Shown one piece after another: positions 61,809-64,000 of a DNA stretch of 64,000 bases. A program made the position numbers and the translations under genes. The DNA is taken from assembly GCF_004010195.1 (NCBI RefSeq), contig NC_057719.1, forward strand, positions 58,153,823 through 58,217,822, written 5' to 3'. Numbering within the stretch: position 1 is the first letter of the stretch; the number at the start of each line of letters is the position of its first letter. This DNA comes from Chiloscyllium plagiosum. Its lineage: Eukaryota. The notes under the pieces were generated by a model. The model was not told where the DNA came from and made no database searches. It was given only the letters and a program-made list of their open reading frames with translations.

Positions 61809-62431
61809 TGTCATGGACCAGGCCAGGCCCCTCAAAACGTTTTTAAGTAGGTAGTCCAGACTGTAACTTTGCTATTTGTTTTAGCTAAGTATACAGTGGA
61901 TACTCCTGGAGTAAATTAGCTGGTTCAACTGCCAAGTTTAAAACAAACAAAATTTATTAACAAAATTACGGAATGAAATACAAAGAACAGAAAACAGAAT
62001 ACCGGATAACTCATCCTATCCAAAACTGACTTCATGATGCTGTTCTGAAAATACTTGCAATAGTTCCAAAATGCGCATCCCTTAGCACAAAGAGTAAAAA
62101 TGACACAGACAGCTTAGTTGGTGAAATCAGAGAGAGGGTTCAGCACTTTTTTGACACATCCTCTGCTGCAACTGAACTCACTAAAGTTCTGATTTGAATC
62201 AAAATAAAACTAATTTAAACAAGGGCTAGCTTACACAGCTAGCTGGCCACTCCCATTTGATTACACTAAGGTTTTAAAAACATGGAAGTCTTGGGCCGAA
62301 GGCATTACTTGTTAGGGGTAACCACCCAATAAATCTTTCAAACCTAGCCTAGTTAGAGCCTGGCCAATTACCACCTCTCTGAAAAAAAACTCAAGGGCAT
62401 AGTTAGCTTCTAAAAAGAACCAGTATTGTGA
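61809..62431 (-). mobile_element. 3' LTR of a Gmr1-type gypsy element
   Basis: Ends ...ccatgaca on the minus strand; polypurine tract aagggggga (62432-62440) directly precedes it; homologous to the solo LTR at 53010. Confidence 0.8.
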
Positions 62432-63622
62432 TCCCCCCTTAAAAAACCCCATAAATATCCTAAGATGCCTTCATTTTCCAAATCCCCCACCAAAATAAAA
62501 AGAGTTAATACTTTAAACACACGTAATAGTTCACTAACTATAAACATGCAAACATGAACTAGTACACTCAGATTCAGTCTGTGACACTCCCACTAATGAA
62601 CTCCTCTGTTCCTCATTCAAGTCTCGACAACGCATCGGTGAGCATATTTTCTCGACCTGCCACATGCACAATTTTCAAACTAAAAGGCTGTAATAACAAG
62701 CTCCATGCAAACAGTCTGGCATTTTTGTCCTTAAGTTTCTCCACAAACATCAATGAGTTATGATCAGTGTATGCATTGTATCATTGTAACTGCATTGACT
62801 TTGTGATAGTCCGCACATAACCATTGGGTACCATTTGGCTTTGGCACCATTACTATGGGTGAGCTCCGGTCACTGTAACTCACTTTGATTATGCCATCTT
62901 AGAGCATGTTTTCTATCTCCTTCTGAACCTGTGCCAGCTTTAGAGGGTTATGCCTAAAAGGATGTTGCTTAATCAGAACAGCATCTCCTATATCTACATC
63001 ATGCATAATTAGTTTATTTAGCTTATTTCCACATATCTCCTCATGTGATAGCAATAACTCTTTCAAGTCATTTCAATTTTCATCTGGAATGTAACTCAAT
63101 AATTTATCCTAAGTTTTGACAACTTCCTTAATGTCCAATTTAATTTGAGGAATGTCCAATACAGAATCCCTTGAACTTGATTCTACACTCTGTGTTGTAA
63201 TCATTACCACCTTCTCCTCTTGCTTTCCTTCCCTGTCAAAATACCTTTTGAGCATATTCACATGACAGACTGAGATTTCTTCCTGTCTGGAGTTCCGATC
63301 AAGTAGTTCACCTCACTCTATTTCCTTTCGATTTGATAAGGTCCACTAAACCTTGCTTTTAAAGGTTCTGATAAGGTCCACTAAACCTTGCTTTTAAAGG
63401 TTCACTTATCATTGGAAGTAACACGGACGCCTTATTCCCAATGGCAAAACTGCGAATTTGTGATTTCTTATCAGCTTCTTGTTTCATTATATGCTGCGAT
63501 ACTTTTAAATGCTGTCGAGCCAACTCCTCAGTTCTAGTTAATCGTTCTCTAAAATTTGACAAATAATCCAAATGTGTGGTCTCTGAATTCTGACTTAAAT
63601 TTGTAAGGAGACCTCGGTTATC
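62432..63622 (-). mobile_element. Gmr1-type Ty3/gypsy pol remnant: integrase C-terminus, then RT N-terminus, then RNase H C-terminus
   Basis: LARQHLKVSQHIMKQEADKK..RSFAIG..LKARFSGPYQ..HVNMLKRY; HDVDIGDAVLIKQHPFR..SSPIVMVPKPNGTQWLCADYHKVNAVT; YTDHNSLMF..RLFAWSLLLQPF..GRENMLTDALSR*. Confidence 0.88.
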
Positions 63623-63625
63623 TGG

Positions 63626-64000
63626 CTGGCTCAAAGGTAGAAACGTGGTGTTGGGGTGTTGTTTTTCAGACTGGAGGCCTGTGACCAGTGGAGTGCCACA
63701 AGGATCGGTGCTGGGTCCACTACTTTTCATCATTTATATAAAGGATTCAGATGTGAGCATAAGAGGTTATCTGTAAGAATAATAGAGTGGTTATAGTTAG
63801 GGATTTTAACTTTCCAAACATAGACTGGGACTGACATAAGTGTTAAGGGTTTAGATGGAGAGGAATTTGTTGTGCGTACAAGAACATTTCCTATTTCAAT
63901 ATGTGGATGTACCCACTAGAGAAGGCGCAAAACTTGACCTACTCTTGGGAAATAAGGCAGGGCAGGTGACTGAGGTGTCAGTGGGGGAGCACTTTGGGGC
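63626..64000 (+). mobile_element. HER1/CR1 pieces out of order: RT segment (63626-63766), then endonuclease segment (63767 to window end)
   Basis: [13 protein letters not shown] region, then 'ttatctgtaagaataatagagtggttatagttagggattttaactttcc' (DFNFP) and 'cccactagagaaggcgcaaaacttgacctactcttgggaaat' (PTREGAKLDLLLGN). Confidence 0.88.

Noticed and set aside
1..64000. Prokaryotic operon, defence system or endogenous non-retroviral virus
   Set aside because: No long intact ORFs or gene-dense segment; all recognisable coding remnants belong to vertebrate transposon families.

Overview
This is eukaryotic, repeat-dense DNA, intronic or intergenic. It is almost certainly from a cartilaginous fish (shark), inferred from multiple HE1-type tRNA-derived SINEs and their partner HER1/CR1 LINEs. 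No intact host protein-coding gene can be named, and the recognisable ORFs in the track are broken pieces of retroelements. Roughly half the window is mobile DNA: several CR1/HER1 LINE subfamilies (including an ORF1 esterase remnant), a second CR1-group LINE, Rex1/Babar and L2 pieces, HE1 SINEs, two Gmr1-type Ty3/gypsy remnants plus a related solo LTR, probable Harbinger remnants, and about 15 Penelope-like element (PLE) pieces. The most interesting layer is the PLE set. Many pieces carry minimal hammerhead-ribozyme cores (CTGANGA-hairpin-GAAA-NN-TH). Several are 130-700 bp fold-back or tail-only insertions with 11-13 bp target-site duplications (TSDs), and their boundary or hairpin centre often sits right at the ribozyme. 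Other points are a head-to-head fusion of two different CR1 copies, a LINE endonuclease sequence split between two sites in opposite orientation (candidate ~7.8 kb inversion), and a few weak minus-strand exon candidates. Family names come from recalled motifs, not database searches. Boundaries of old, decayed elements are approximate.
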